This document shows positions 1-12,851 of a DNA stretch of 64,000 nucleotides, in pieces. Positions within the stretch are counted from its first letter, which is position 1, and each line of letters opens with the position of its first letter. A program made the position numbers and the translations under genes. The DNA is from Isurus oxyrinchus (Eukaryota): positions 5,890,001-5,954,000 of the forward strand of contig JANJGN010000041.1 of NCBI GenBank assembly GCA_026770705.1. Direction: 5' to 3'. Below the pieces are notes generated by a model that saw only the letters and a program-made list of their open reading frames with translations, searched no databases and had not been told where the DNA came from.

Positions 1-494
1 TTATCTAAAAGCACCCATAGCCTTTGCATCATACAGATCCTTCTGTCATTCCATAAATTCATGTGCTGAGAATCACATTGTATGAAGACTGGAAATTGTG
101 ATGCTTGTCACCCCTAGGAGGAGGCCGGGATGGTTCATCCACCCGTCAATTCAGGGTGAATGCGGCTGCAAATTCTTCAGCCATGTATATGCTGCGGTGC
201 ACTGTGCTACAGATTCATTGCCGATGGGGACATTGTTGGAGAGCCATTGAGTTGCAAAATGTTCCACCAACATTAAAGTCGACTGTGACAGGACTTCAGA
301 TCTGAGCTATCGTCATTTGTTAGGGGGATCAATGAGTCCAGTATTTCTCATACTGAACATGCTGTTTTGCTTGCAACTCGGCCTGTCTTACAATTCACCA
401 GGTTAAGCTGTTTTGTTAGGTAGGATCACTGCTGCCTTGGACATACGAAAGATGTTGGCTGGGTTCTTTTGTTTGTGCACATGACCCCGCAAGC

Positions 495-670
495 CTGGAA
501 GGACAGAGCAGAAGAGGCATGGGAACGCTGTTAATTGCAAATCCTTTCCAAGTCACACACCAAGCTGACTTAGCGATTTATCACGGTTCCTTGACTGGCA
601 CTGGATGAAAAATCTGGAAATCCATCGCTTGTAGCAAAGTGTCTGCACCCGCTTCACATGGACTGCAACG
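495..670 (+). mobile_element. LINE 3'-end fragment; also ~21690-21865 and ~43018-43195
   Basis: GGAAGGACAGAGCAG..GCATGGGAAC..TGCAA..TCCAAGTCACACACCA..CTGACTT matches 49830-49960. Confidence 0.55.
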
Positions 671-3600
671 CTAGAAAAAAAAAAAACATTTTCAAGAAGA
701 ATTAATGAAAACGGAAATCAAATCTTGTCAATATATTCAAAGAAAAGAAAATGTTGCAAGATGACCCAATGATGAATACTGATATCATTTTTGAATTGAA
801 ATTACGGCCCTGGCTGCTTCTTTTCTTCCAATTCAACAAAAATGAACTAAAAAATGCAATGCATGTTTAATTGTAAATTATTTTACGATAACACTGGCCC
901 CTAGCTGAGAATGTATATTTCAAATGAACTCCTGAATATCCAAATCTTTAAAAAAATGATTGGCTCCAATTATCGTCCGCAAGTTGGAGCCACCCCCCAC
1001 CCCAACCACGTCACCCCCAAAACCCCAAATCCCCACCACCCACCCACCTCAAATATGCAGAATTTTCACAAAGATCAATAACGTACGTTGCTTATAATGA
1101 CATTCCGTACATAAATCTCCCCAGTTGCAGATGGAGAACGGGCGGGCCCACCTTTTACCAGTTACTAATTAGCAAGTTATTAAGATTGTGAACGAGACAA
1201 TTGTATGTTTTCTTGATTCTTGCTCTGCACTTGTCATGGCCCAGACGAGAGAGAAAAGAATGTTTCTGGGCAGCTACCATCAGGCGAGAATCGCGCAGAA
1301 GAGTGGTTCTGCCTCCGGGACCATGATTAAATGTAGCAACAGATTGTGCTGGGGAAGATGGCAGCGACGTCATGTTTACTTTTCAGATTTTTGATTCTTG
1401 CCTGAGCTTTCAACCAAAAAACATTTTTTGGAAAAACAGTTTCTGTGAGCAGGTGGTCTTGAGCTTGCAACCAGACCGACTTTCTGTTTGCAGCATTACA
1501 CTCTGTCACATGATGTTCAGGTTTTCACTGCAGATGGGACGGGGAGCCCATTTTGCATCACTCATTGCTTCCTCTCCGTTGGAATTTAATGAATTGTGGA
1601 GCGGGAGGTGGTCTAAGTGAGGGTCAGTATAAAATGTTCTAATTTTACATTTCTCCAATCTCATGCTGCCGAGAACCGTAAAATCCAGACCACGGTCTAC
1701 TTATTGTACTGTTTCTTGATGCTCATATATGACGATTAACGTTCTGAGCCTGCACCGCAGGATTTGTCTCGCATATCTAGTTTAATTTCTGCTATCGAAC
1801 CTGCAGCAACGCGTCATAACCACAAACACTATTCAGTGGATCACACTCGCTGGTGCATTCGCCACAACATTCACAAGTTGACTGAAATAAATTAGTTCTT
1901 AGGTTTCTGTCTTGAATGAAACATATGGCACAGAAAATTGTTAATTTGTACTTACACTGCGAATAGAACATTGTTGTTAAAGTGACATGGATCCGGGACC
2001 CGGGAGGAAATTCCATCGCTCTGTAGTTCTTCAGACTCGGGTGTTTGCAGTAACGACACCAAGAAGCACATAAACCAAACAGCAAATTAATAACAGGTCA
2101 GGAGCAGAGTGCATTTGCAGATTGCAAGGGATCATTCTGTGGCATATATATTTTTTCATTTCTCTACTTTATTTAGCAATGAATAACGCTGATAATATAT
2201 TCGATGACTGTATACTTAATTTGCCAGGTAATCAATGGATAATGGTTTCGATAGATCACCATTTCATTCGGTAGATAATTGGATGGCTCAATCCAGGGCA
2301 TTTCAAAGTTTAATTCGGAAGCAAATACTGGAAATATACTGATAATTTATTGGACAACAGTTTTGATCTTTAATTTGTTCAAAGATTGACTGTTTCATTA
2401 TATAACCGTTTAAATTACGGTATTTTATAAACTGCCCCTTATTCACAGTGTCAACCAATACAGTTTCAAGTGATGATAATTTGGCTAACAGTCTTTGGAT
2501 AAATCACAATACTGCACGGATAATTATGTCACTCAGTTGAAAAGCATGTCATTGTAGGAATATTATTATTTGGTTTGCTCAAACAATAACAGGTATCGGG
2601 TAAATAAAGGTTATTTTGCATTTTTGACATATGTTTTAAACTGGAATTGTGTCAAAATAGCTTTGAATTCTAAAACTTCCATTCTTTCCAGTGCAGCCTA
2701 CAATGTCAACAGAAACTCAAACTTTGATTTGTATCTATTGCCTGGCATTTTCAAAGCTGCTTGTGATTACCTTTGACAGCTCCATTAAGTCAATTAATGT
2801 TGATGTTTGCATGCGAGTTAGAAAATTGTGCATCGGAGGCTGCCAACTGGACTGCGTTTGTAACAGAAATAGCCATTTTTGTGTGTGTATCGTTAAAGCA
2901 TACCAAATTGCAAACTGATTTAAAAATGTAAAAAGCTGTTTATATTTATCCGACTAATTCGCCTTACTTCATTCAAAGTTCATCTAAATCTTTAACCAAC
3001 ATTGACTGAATTAATATCATTCAAAATGTTAATTCACCACCCCTTTTACAGACGTTCAATGCATTGTTGTTTCCTTGAGTACAAGTTTGCGAAAACTCCA
3101 CGTTCAGTCTGCAGCATGTTGCAGAGCCTTGACTACACCTGGTAAACGAATTAACTCTCTATCTACTTATACAATTATTGTGGGAATGTTTTCCATTATC
3201 TAATGTGTGCCTCCCGAATCTAATCGGAGATTTCAATCAGAAAGCTATTCTGCACCTTTACCAGATCCATGACATCTTATCCTATACCATCGCCAACAGA
3301 ACTATATAGAAAATGTCGGCAGCGATCCGATGACATACTTTCGAAGATAATTCAGGCTAGATCATTTAACTTGCTTCGAAATGCAGACAATAATTTAATA
3401 AACGTGCGTATCAAGTTATCACATATCTGGCAGCTACAAATTAGTTCACTGAGATTCACTAAGAAAATGTATTGTTCAGAATTCAAATGGAACTTCACTT
3501 ATTAAGCAACAGAAATCATGATGCAACCGTGATTATCTGAAGCTCACGTCAATTTTCCTTGACTTATATACATCATTTAGTTTAATCAGTATAAATGTTT

Positions 3601-4765
3601 TGAATTAATCTTCAGCATTCTAATGCAGCATTGAATAACTTTGCTAATTCACTAAAAATGTTCCTGCATTTTGAAGAAAAAAGAAATATGCTTTTTATAG
3701 CCGATCAATGATTGGAAACTCTGCCCTGTCTACTTGAAAGCAAAAAGCCAGTTATGACCTCACCAGAATCAAATCTTCGAATTGCTCATTAATATTGCTT
3801 TGCAAGCAATGTGCCCTTATGGCCAAAAAATCATGCCAACTCCATCTGATAACAATGTCACCGTTCCCATTCTGGCATTAAAGTGCCCTCTTGATCACGA
3901 TGGGCTGCACCCATTCTGCATAGCAACTTTGCTTCGTTCTTTCTGCAATGAATTAGCGATGCATTCACCTGAAATTCTCCTCAGCATTGCCCAGCCAGCA
4001 TATCAATCACACACATGATTGAGCAGCTCTCTGGAATAAAACTTCTCACTGGGAACCTGCATAATACTATCACTCTGTACTGATTTTCATTGTACAGCCA
4101 CTATGACAACTCCTGTGTCAACTTGCATCAGGCCTTTCCGAATGCTGGTCTTTTATTGAGCTCAGTGACTAATCTTTGGCCCTGTGTGTTTACCTTTCCA
4201 TCTTTACCCACACAAGCGTTCAGATTATGTTCGTGTCCCTGGGCAATATTTTACCCTCAAGCTCTAAGTCCTGTTGCACAGTCGTCCTTCCCACTACTTA
4301 TCACAACTATAGGTCACCAGCACGCATTGCACCAGTACCTCTTCCAGAGTATAATTTCACATGGCCCAAATGCTATTTTGTGCATTTATTTCCCACTTCA
4401 CATCGTAACAACACACATGGATTGGCTCTTTATACCTTTCATTTACCTTTTAATATTCAACATACCCAGCCGTTTGTATGCTTGCAAATTGTCCAATTCA
4501 AATTTGCTTTCAGCAAACTCAATCATAATTGCAGAATTGTTGTCCAGTTTACTTTGGCATTCGTTTCAAAAGCAGAATTATGAACTGACGTTTCTCTTCC
4601 CTATCCATTTTCACTGGGTCCCGTTTACATTTAGAACATGGTCACGTCAAAAAGCAGGTTGTGCATATTTGGGTCAAATGGACGATCCTTTGCTGCAACA
4701 GGAAGAAGATTAATTATATTCATCTGTGTCGTCAACCTCATGCTCTCTCTATCTCTCTCTTACAG

Positions 4766-5670
4766 TTAATGTTGTTGCCATTGTGATTCTTTCAGGAGGA
4801 ATGTGTGGCCTCTCCAAATGTATTACCCATTATATGATCGCCATGGCTACGGCAGATCTCCTGGTTGTTTGTGCTCAAGTCATGTTGAACAATAAGCTGG
4901 ATATGTATTTTCCTGCTTCATTCTTGACCATGAGCACAGTCTGCCCTCTAACTGTGACATTGACTTATGCAGTCATATCAGCTTCTGTCTGGTTAACAGT
5001 GGGGTTCACCTTCGATCGTTTTGTGGCCATATGTTGTAAGAAGCTGCGAAAAAAATATTGCAAGGCGACGACAGCAGTAACTGTCATATCAGTGGTGAGT
5101 GTGTTGAGTTGTTTGACGAACATTCCCTGGTACTTTGCGTATGAACCTGCATATACAATGGACAATGTAAATCGTGGTTGTGTCCTAAAACTGACATTTT
5201 TCATTTCTGATGAATGGGCCGCATTTAACTTGCTTAACCTTGCCTTGACCCCATGTGTTCCATTTATTCTAATTTTGTTGCTAAATCTTTGGACGGCAAG
5301 ATGTATTTTGGCAGCCAGTAAAGTTCGCAGGGGTCTCCACGGTTGCAACAATGGAGAACATCACAAGGATACTGAAATAGAAAACCGAAGAAAGTCCATT
5401 GTTTTACTCTTCAGTATAACCGGTAGCTTTATATTGCTCTGGACAGCTCCAATTATATATATTATTTCTCTGCATGTAACAATCACATCGATTTCTGGGA
5501 CAAACGAGATTGAGACAGTTAGTTTCATGCTTGGATTCCTCAGTTGCTGCACAAATACATTCATTTATGTGCTGACACAGGCTAAGTTTAGGGAGGAGCT
5601 GAAGAGAGGAATACAGTATCTTGTGAAACTGTGCGTTAAAATAGGCAAATTACAGCTGAAAACCCATTGA
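4766..5670 (+). CDS. GPR139/GPR142-like class A GPCR, copy 1, exon 2 (exon 1 upstream of window)
   Basis: Open frame with TM1 end to TM7: MATADL (TM2), TFDRFVAIC (TM3), NIPWY, TPCVPF (TM5), FILLW (TM6), NTFIY (TM7), FREEL (helix 8). Preceded by polypyrimidine tract and TACAG acceptor (AG 4764-4765); stop TGA ends 5670. Confidence 0.92.
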
Positions 5671-5858
5671 CCTTTACAGGAGGACATAAAAATTTTGTGC
5701 TGAATGAGCTCATCTTAGCAATAGGCTTGTAACAAAGTTTAACACTCTGGATAAAATAATATCCTACTATAGATGCATGTTTTGTCATATAATGTCGAAT
5801 TAAACTACTTTTCACACTAAACTGTAATCAATGGTGAAATGTAAGCTGTGATAATAAT

Positions 5859-5875
5859 AATAAATAAATAATAAA
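5859..5875 (+). terminator. Polyadenylation signal cluster (AATAAA x3), GPCR copy 1
   Basis: Overlapping AATAAA hexamers ~190 nt after the stop; conserved in all three copies. Confidence 0.55.
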
Positions 5876-8800
5876 AATATTGAACTGTCCCTGTTAGCGT
5901 TGCAGAGTTAGAAAGTTTGAATTGTGATACCAGGTCCTGACAGCCTCGTATTCATTGGAACAGCTGTTCCTATAAATAAAAGAACACCCAAAACAGTAGT
6001 TGCTGGATCTCTGATAACTCGACATATGTAACATAGACAAACGTCACCAATTTCCTACAAATCACTTCTGAGCCAAATAGTACATGGGGGAATTTTCAGA
6101 ACAAGTTTCATGAAGTCTGACACCCTCCAAATTTCGGACAGTTGTAGAATGAGCTGCTTCCCAGATTTCCATATAACTCACATGATTTAAACAAGGAAGG
6201 CCTGCTCTTCACGTGTTTTGTGAAAGGATGGGAATTGGCATAATTGATCAATCATTCCCATGGTACATCGGGCTGAGCGACGGCTCTATATCATGGATTC
6301 AAAACTTTTAAACTCAATTTCCCTACGATTCATTTGAAAACGCATATAGCTCACACTTATTTTTTCACGATTTATGCGGCTACCTCTTCCGCAAATGCTC
6401 ATTCACAACACTCTCTGTTTCATGTTATCGGGTGCTTTCACACAGAAAGCCACCAAATGGCTGTTGTCTTAATTCTCGAATGTTTAAATATGTTTAACTT
6501 GATATCCACTCATAATTATAGCGAGTGACGTCTCAACCATGTATCAGCACGATTTCCCAGCCAAGAAACGGCTGATCACACCTGGCCCCAACATTAATTT
6601 CCTTCTTGGCTTACCTACACATGATGAATGTGAAAAAAATATAATGTAATTCTTCCTGTGGCATATACTTCTAATTTCTTTAACTTCAATGCCATTCATA
6701 GAATTGCACCATAGACGGGCAACAGCATAGAAGCAGCTCATTTGGCCATTCTTTTCCTTATTGTCTCTGATAAGGAAGTTGCAACTGGCAGCCACTGATA
6801 GAATAGAGGCACAAAGGTGCAAGTGCTTCGATGTTAGAACATGGCAGACTGACCTGTCCCTCGGGTATGGATAATTGTGGCGACCGTGCCTGGCACCATG
6901 CTTTGGGGGAGGGTGGGGGGCGGCGGAATGTGTTGTGCGCTGTGGTGACCATTGAAAGCGGGTGACCTTTCATATCTGGGTAAGTTTGAAGGCGTCTGTT
7001 TAAGTGACACAAATGAGCGGCCCCATTCGTATTTAGGATTCAATGGCCAGCATGAGCAGGGACACTGGAAATGGGGCTATATTGCTCGCGTGCGGAGGAA
7101 ATGCAAAGCAAAAAAGCAGGAAATGAAGAGACCCTGATATGTTCTCCAGAAAACTAGAAGGCTGTGAAAAATGTTCCGGAAAATCTGTAAAATATTCAAT
7201 TAATGCACTTTAGCGAATGCAGCACCGAGTCTGTGGAAGAGGGAAAAATCTACACAGGCTGATGAAATAGCAAATTCTTCTGATGCGCTTCCCAGTAAAG
7301 AATTAATATATGGTCCAACAAATTGGCGAGATACCCTATTCAACAAGAAGACGATGGACATTCCTTTGGGAAAGGGGCCTGTGAAAATATTGGGCAGTGC
7401 CTATGTCTTTCCAAACGATGATGAGAACGAAACTTTTCAGAAGACTTAAACTCACTGGAGATTCCAAACGGAAAAATAGTTGAAACAAATTGCCTGGTTA
7501 CATGAAAAATCTCTGATGCAGATTTATGATTCTGCTGCAATTTGTACGGCGCAGAAAACGCACGCAAAATATGCAAGGAATGCGGCTGTGTCTGGAAACA
7601 TCACAATGACAGATTGCAATGTGATCGAAATACTTAAGGAGCATTTTCAAAACGCAACAAAATGAATTGAAACAAAGCGAATGTTCCCAGAATTGAAGGC
7701 ACTGGATGATAAAAAAAAACAGAGAGATAAATAAACAAAGTGAAGAAAGAAAAGGGCAATCCGCGTTCATAGATATTATAGCAGTCGTTCAGCTCCAGTA
7801 GATCATTACTCAGAGTTTCGTTGAAAACCTGCAAGGATTTATGAACACATCAATGAATCTTTTCCGGGATTAATTGCCATTAGAGCAAAATTGGACTCTA
7901 CCATACAGGGATATGCCCAATGCATCAAAACATAACACGCTCTTGACGATTTTCTTTGCTCTTCTATTAGAAATGAGATAATTTTGATAAAGGCGTTGCA
8001 GGTGAAAGAAATAAACGTTATTGTAATGGTGCAGGCTGCAATAAACCTTGTGCTTATTCTATTCAGTACCCCGGGTCTGAGTGATGAAGATCAGATATTC
8101 CTTGTGTTCATTAAGTTGATCTGACTTCTGAAGATGTGAATCGAGTAGAGGATTTATTCATTTTATGCTGACTCAAGACAACAGTTGGCCAGGCCTGATT
8201 CTCTCAATGATGCGCCAGATAAGCTTGGCCTTCGCATCACTGACAGTAAGATGCCGGGACACCACAAACGGGTAAACATTAAGTGTCAGAAACGAGGCGT
8301 ACAGGCCTGCCCCCTTCATCAAAAACCTCGAGGCTTGTTAACTCCATGAGGCTGACTCAACTTATCTCTGGTATTAGAAGTTATGGCAAAGTGCAGTGCT
8401 AAAACCATGACATTGATTCGGAATAGTGCACCGAAATTACATAATTATTACAGTTTAAAATAGATGGCATATATTGAGAGCGGATGCTTTCTAAATAATG
8501 TGAAAGTCGTTGTCAGACTGCTGGTGGAATTTCGAGTGTAGAGTGGGAATGAAATCTGTTACCAAACAGCTGAATTTAAATGGCATTGATTACATTTGCT
8601 GAAGAAGGTGAAAACTCAACCCTTAACATTAAGGCTCAGTCTACGATCAACGACAGAGTCGAAGCTTTCGAATTTTGCTTTGCAAAGGTTGAGTGGGACG
8701 ACAGCATATTTGCATAAGCATTGTTCCCCAGACGATTCCATCTTTCGAAATGCAGTTTCAGGCTGCTTTCTCATTACGGCGAAATAGCGAAAATGAGAAG

Positions 8801-8879
8801 CAGGCTGCATAGCACTCTTAATAATTTAAGATATTATTTGCAAGAGCGGTTCTTTCATGAAACGTTGATGGGCCAATTT

Positions 8880-10985
8880 GTGAGTAGCTGGAAAACGGCA
8901 AATGGATCAGATATTGGTGGATTGGTTTCAGAACCAGTATGTTGACGAGCCGACTAGGAATCGAGCAATGCAGATTTTAGTGCTCTGCCAAGTGAAAGAC
9001 TCATGGATTTCTATGCTCCCAAGTAGTATTACGGAAATAGTCACAATAAAGTGATAGAACTTCGCAATAAGTATGGCAGCAAAATGCTGATTTCTGAAAC
9101 TCCGTTCTTCAATCTGGAGAAAGGAAACTATGATGTAACACAGGCAAGTTGGCAACGATGGATTGAGAAAGTATTGGAAAATATTTGCCAGTGGACAGGC
9201 AAAGGCGAGTATTTAAGCAAATAATGTCAACATCAGACATGCATTCATCGAACGCTCAAGCACATACACGGAAAGAAATCACAAGCATTGTTACCAAATG
9301 AAGTTAAATGTTGCAGTACATGAAATTAAATTATGTGTCGAGACACAGGAAGAAAAGTAGTAAATCTGGGGGTTGTGGGAAATTTAGAACACAGCAAAGA
9401 GAGAACTAAGAAAGTTATTTAGAAATGGGAAGATAATAGAATGCAATCCAGCGAGGAACATAAAGAGCAAATCTGTGCAATTTACAAGTAGTTTCTGGAA
9501 CGTTTACATGTGAATAGTGAAACAGCTTAGAAACGAAACAGTATTTTTTGCCAGTCGAAGACATAAAGGATATATCCAAGATAAGCTCGGCTACGAAGGA
9601 ACTTGTGAAACGGGGCAGCGAAAAGAAATAAATAGTTTCAATGTGAACTGAATTGTAGGTTAAATAATGTGCTGGACTAGAATTCCTTCATCTCAAGAGT
9701 GCTGAAGGAGGAGGCTAAAGGAACAATGGATACTTTGGTTGTTTTCTTTCGAAAATCTTTAGCTTTTGGAAAGCCTCCAGCGCATTACAAATTATCAGAA
9801 GTACCTGGAGAAACTCAGCATGTCTGGCAGGATCGATGGAGATCCAGTCCTCATGACCCTTCAATAGAGCTAAGTGGAAATGGAAAAGCGGTGAAAGATA
9901 AATTGGTTCAAGGGGAGAGGGGAGAAAACAGTGATGAGAGGAGATAACCAAAAGATGTCACAGACAATAGAACAAAAAGGTGTCGAAGGTGCTGATAGCA
10001 TCTAAAAGAATGTGCTACATAATAGGGAATGTGGGACAAGCAAGGTAGCTCTAGTGGGAGTGGGGTGAAATAAAAGATGGGTAGAATACATTTAAAAAAT
10101 GGAAATAGTTGGGAAAAGAAAAATCTAGATAAATTATTCGAAAGAAAATAAAAGGGAGGGGGAAGAAATGGAAAGGGGGTGGGGATGGAGGAGGGAGTAT
10201 AAGATCTAAAGTCGGTGAACTCAATATTCAGTCCGGAAGGCAGTAAAGTACCTAGTCGGAAGATGAGGTACTGTTCATCCAGTTTGCGTTGAGCTTCACT
10301 GGCACAATGCAGTAAGCCAAGGACAGACATGTGGGCAAGAGAGCAGGGTGGAGTGTTAATATGGCAAGCGAAAGGGAAATCTGGGTAATGCTTCCGGACA
10401 GACCGAAGGTGTTCTGAAAATCAGGCACCCAATCTGTGTTTGGTCTCTCCAATGTAAAGGAAACTGCGTTGGGACCAATGAGTGCAGGAAGTTAATTTGG
10501 GGGATTTGCAAGTGAAATGCTGCTTAACTTGAAAGGAGTGTTTGGACCTTTGGACGTTGAGGAGAGACGAAGTGATGGAAGAGTGGTCTATGGTGTCAGG
10601 GAAGGAACGATCACTATGGAATGCCGAAAGGGGGTTTGAAGTGAAGTTTGATGGTCGTATCATGCTGGAGTTGATGGAAATGGCCGAGGATGATCCATCA
10701 AGTGGGAAGGCTGGTGGGGTGTTCAAAAAGGACAAGGCGGACCCTATCATGTTTCTGGTAGGCAGGAGAAGGCGTGAGGGCGAATGCAAATTATTAGATG
10801 TTGCATCACGATTTAAGAATGGAATAAGCGTGAAGAGACTGTACTGCAGTCATGTTAGTTTGACATAAGTGGTCTGGAAAATGACAAAATCTCTTAGTAC
10901 AGATGCGATAACTTGGTATTTAGTAAATAATGGTAAAATTGCGCAGTTAAAAAGGGTATATGAAAGGGGAATCATATTAGACAGA
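8880..10985 (+). mobile_element. Degenerate CR1 LINE ORF2 relic, interrupted by the Penelope element
   Basis: Residual CR1 peptides QYVDEPTR..ILVLC and VLKEEA..TLVVFFRKSLAFGKPP; resumes after 10787 (DVASRFKNG, cf. NVTPLFKKG). Boundaries approximate. Confidence 0.65.
9796..10786 (-). mobile_element. Penelope-like retroelement fragment (GIY-YIG endonuclease region plus terminal repeat)
   Basis: Minus frame FQVKQHFTC...LYIGETKHRLGA*...MSVLGLLHCASEAQRKLDEQYLIFRLGTLLPSGLNIEF is a Penelope GIY-YIG domain with one stop. Flanked by CAAATTAT at 9788-9795 and 10787-10794. Confidence 0.85.
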
Positions 10986-11237
10986 CAATTAAACAACTCA
11001 CCGGATAAGGAAGTTCCTCAAATATTCACATTTCCAATGCTGTGAGGGCCCAACGCAGCAGTGGAAAATATTAAGCTGAACCATTCGCAAAAAAACTTCC
11101 TCTACAAGTACCGAGTCGATGACCCATCTTGGCCTCCTCTGTAGGTTCCCAAAATCAGACATGATAGACTTCAGCCAAATGTCTTCACTCTCCGTGATAT
11201 CAGGAAGCCACTGAACCTCTGGATACTGCAAGACGAT
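10986..11237 (+). mobile_element. Non-LTR retrotransposon ORF fragment (RTEX-like, tentative); also ~32290-32541
   Basis: Degenerate RVDDPSWPPL.VPKIR..LQP..FTLRDIRK; homologous to the minus-strand relic at 1-340. Confidence 0.5.
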
Positions 11238-11803
11238 GAATATTGCTGCAATTGTTTGATTTCCATTTTTATAGAAAGATGTGAATGCACGGAGGCGCTT
11301 CAGAGAAGGCTCACTAGTTGTCACTTGGAATGAACGGGATGGCTTGTGAGGAAAGGTTAGGAAGATCGGAGTTGCCTGCACAACATTTTAGAGGAGGAAG
11401 GGGTGAAATACTTGAAGTGGATGCGAACCTGAAAACTTTTTTCAAGGCAGTGGGAAATTATTTTTCATTTTTTGGGTGAGACCTGAATTAGGCGACGTTT
11501 ATTAAAAAATGCTTTGCTCTTTTAGGATAGAGTTTATGAATTTGTGTGTTTTTATGTTTGTTTCTCCTCGAGGTTTATCTGACTGTGGAACTCTCTACTT
11601 TAGAAGGTGGTGGAGGCTCGATCACTGATATTGTTAAGATGGAGGTCAAAATATTATTGCAAAGAAAAGGAATCAAACCTTAGCGGGTTGGTTTGGAAAA
11701 TGTAACTCGAAACAATCATATAAACAATGGACTATATGAATGGTGGAGAAGTCCGATGGTCCAAATAGCTTATGTCTGCTCATATCTTCTATGTTCGTAT
11801 GTT
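11238..11803 (+). mobile_element. CR1 LINE 3' end; also ~32542-33107
   Basis: End of ORF2-like sequence, TGTGGAACTCTCTAC 3' region and tail CTGCTCATATCTTCTATGTTCGTATGTTC. Confidence 0.65.
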
Positions 11804-12851
11804 CCTAATCGTGACGACATGGACGAATCTGATCACAACAATATAAACTTTCAATTTAAGTTGTTGTGAGAGCGAATGAGTTCAGTGAGCACAAAGCGGT
11901 GAGGGTGAATTTAGTTTCATGAGAGTTTATATATAGCCTGCACAGTTTTTGGTGAGATTTGATCATACAGTTTTGTAACTGGTTGTTGCCAGGAAAATCA
12001 TTACAAACATTGAGCCTGGATTTCACGAAAAGGACACGTGAGGCCTTGAGCAACAGATGGTCTGGAGTAAAGGTTCTGATATAGTGTGGAGGATCGAGTA
12101 TAAAGCACTGAGTGAGTGTGATGATATGGACCGCATGTTAATCAAAGCCAAATAGATCACACAGGTTCTGACCTGTCTGTTTCAGCATCAGATATTGTCC
12201 AGACACTCGTCCAGGAGCAAATATTGATTAGAAATGAGGAGAATTACCGCCATCTTCACAATCTTGAGAAACATCGACTGTATTGCAATGAATCATTGAT
12301 TTCTGGCATCGCATCTAGATACAATGGTTTACCAGGAAGTACGCCAAAGCAAAGATGGGAGAGTAAGATAACAAGATCTCTATTAAGATAAGAATGGGTT
12401 GTTGAAGTAATAACTGATTGCAGAGATTCATAAAAAAGACAAAACAGGGCAGATTAAACTGCTACAAGAGTGAGAGCATCAGACATCGTTCTACAATCTT
12501 ACTGGGGCAAAAACAATAGCCACGATAACGAATAAATGTATTAAAGCACTAGTCGGAAATGGATCTGTTTGGCTTAGTTAACGACGAATCATATCCAGAA
12601 ATAACATTCAAAAAATGTAAGATAATACGCTGTCCCTTGTTTGTACATTCCGTCTCTTGTTCCCATATCGACTGTATTGTGTAACTATCGAACCAATTGA
12701 TCTCAGATTCAGATCCAGTTTTGCAACATTCAAATCTATTGTTCCCAGATTCAGATCTGTGCAGGCAAACTAGGTAAATGTTGGTCGAAAATGGAAATCC
12801 AACGGCAAAGTGGAATCTCATTGACTCCCCTAGAATGCAATGGCAGCCATG

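Larger units (their letters stand above)
1..7022 (+). repeat. Tandem segmental duplication, unit A (3' part only; begins upstream of window)
   Basis: Sequence from position 1 (TTATCTAAAA..CACCCATAG) recurs at 21195 and 42531; the ORF track repeats with near-identical translations. Confidence 0.95.

Noticed and set aside
4090-4713. 207-aa ORF just upstream of exon 2
   Set aside because: Intronic, non-ATG start, no recognisable domain, and truncated by a stop in the other two copies.
4726-4765. ORF-track start (GTG, MSSTSCSLYLSLT) for a single-exon 314-aa GPCR; same at 25837 and 47249
   Set aside because: Not an ATG; these codons are the intron polypyrimidine tract and AG acceptor. TM1 is completed by the upstream exon 1.
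9840-9875. Active hammerhead ribozyme in the Penelope terminus
   Set aside because: Minus strand reads CTATTGAAGGGTCATGAGGACTGGATC: the CUGANGA box is mutated and GAAA is missing.
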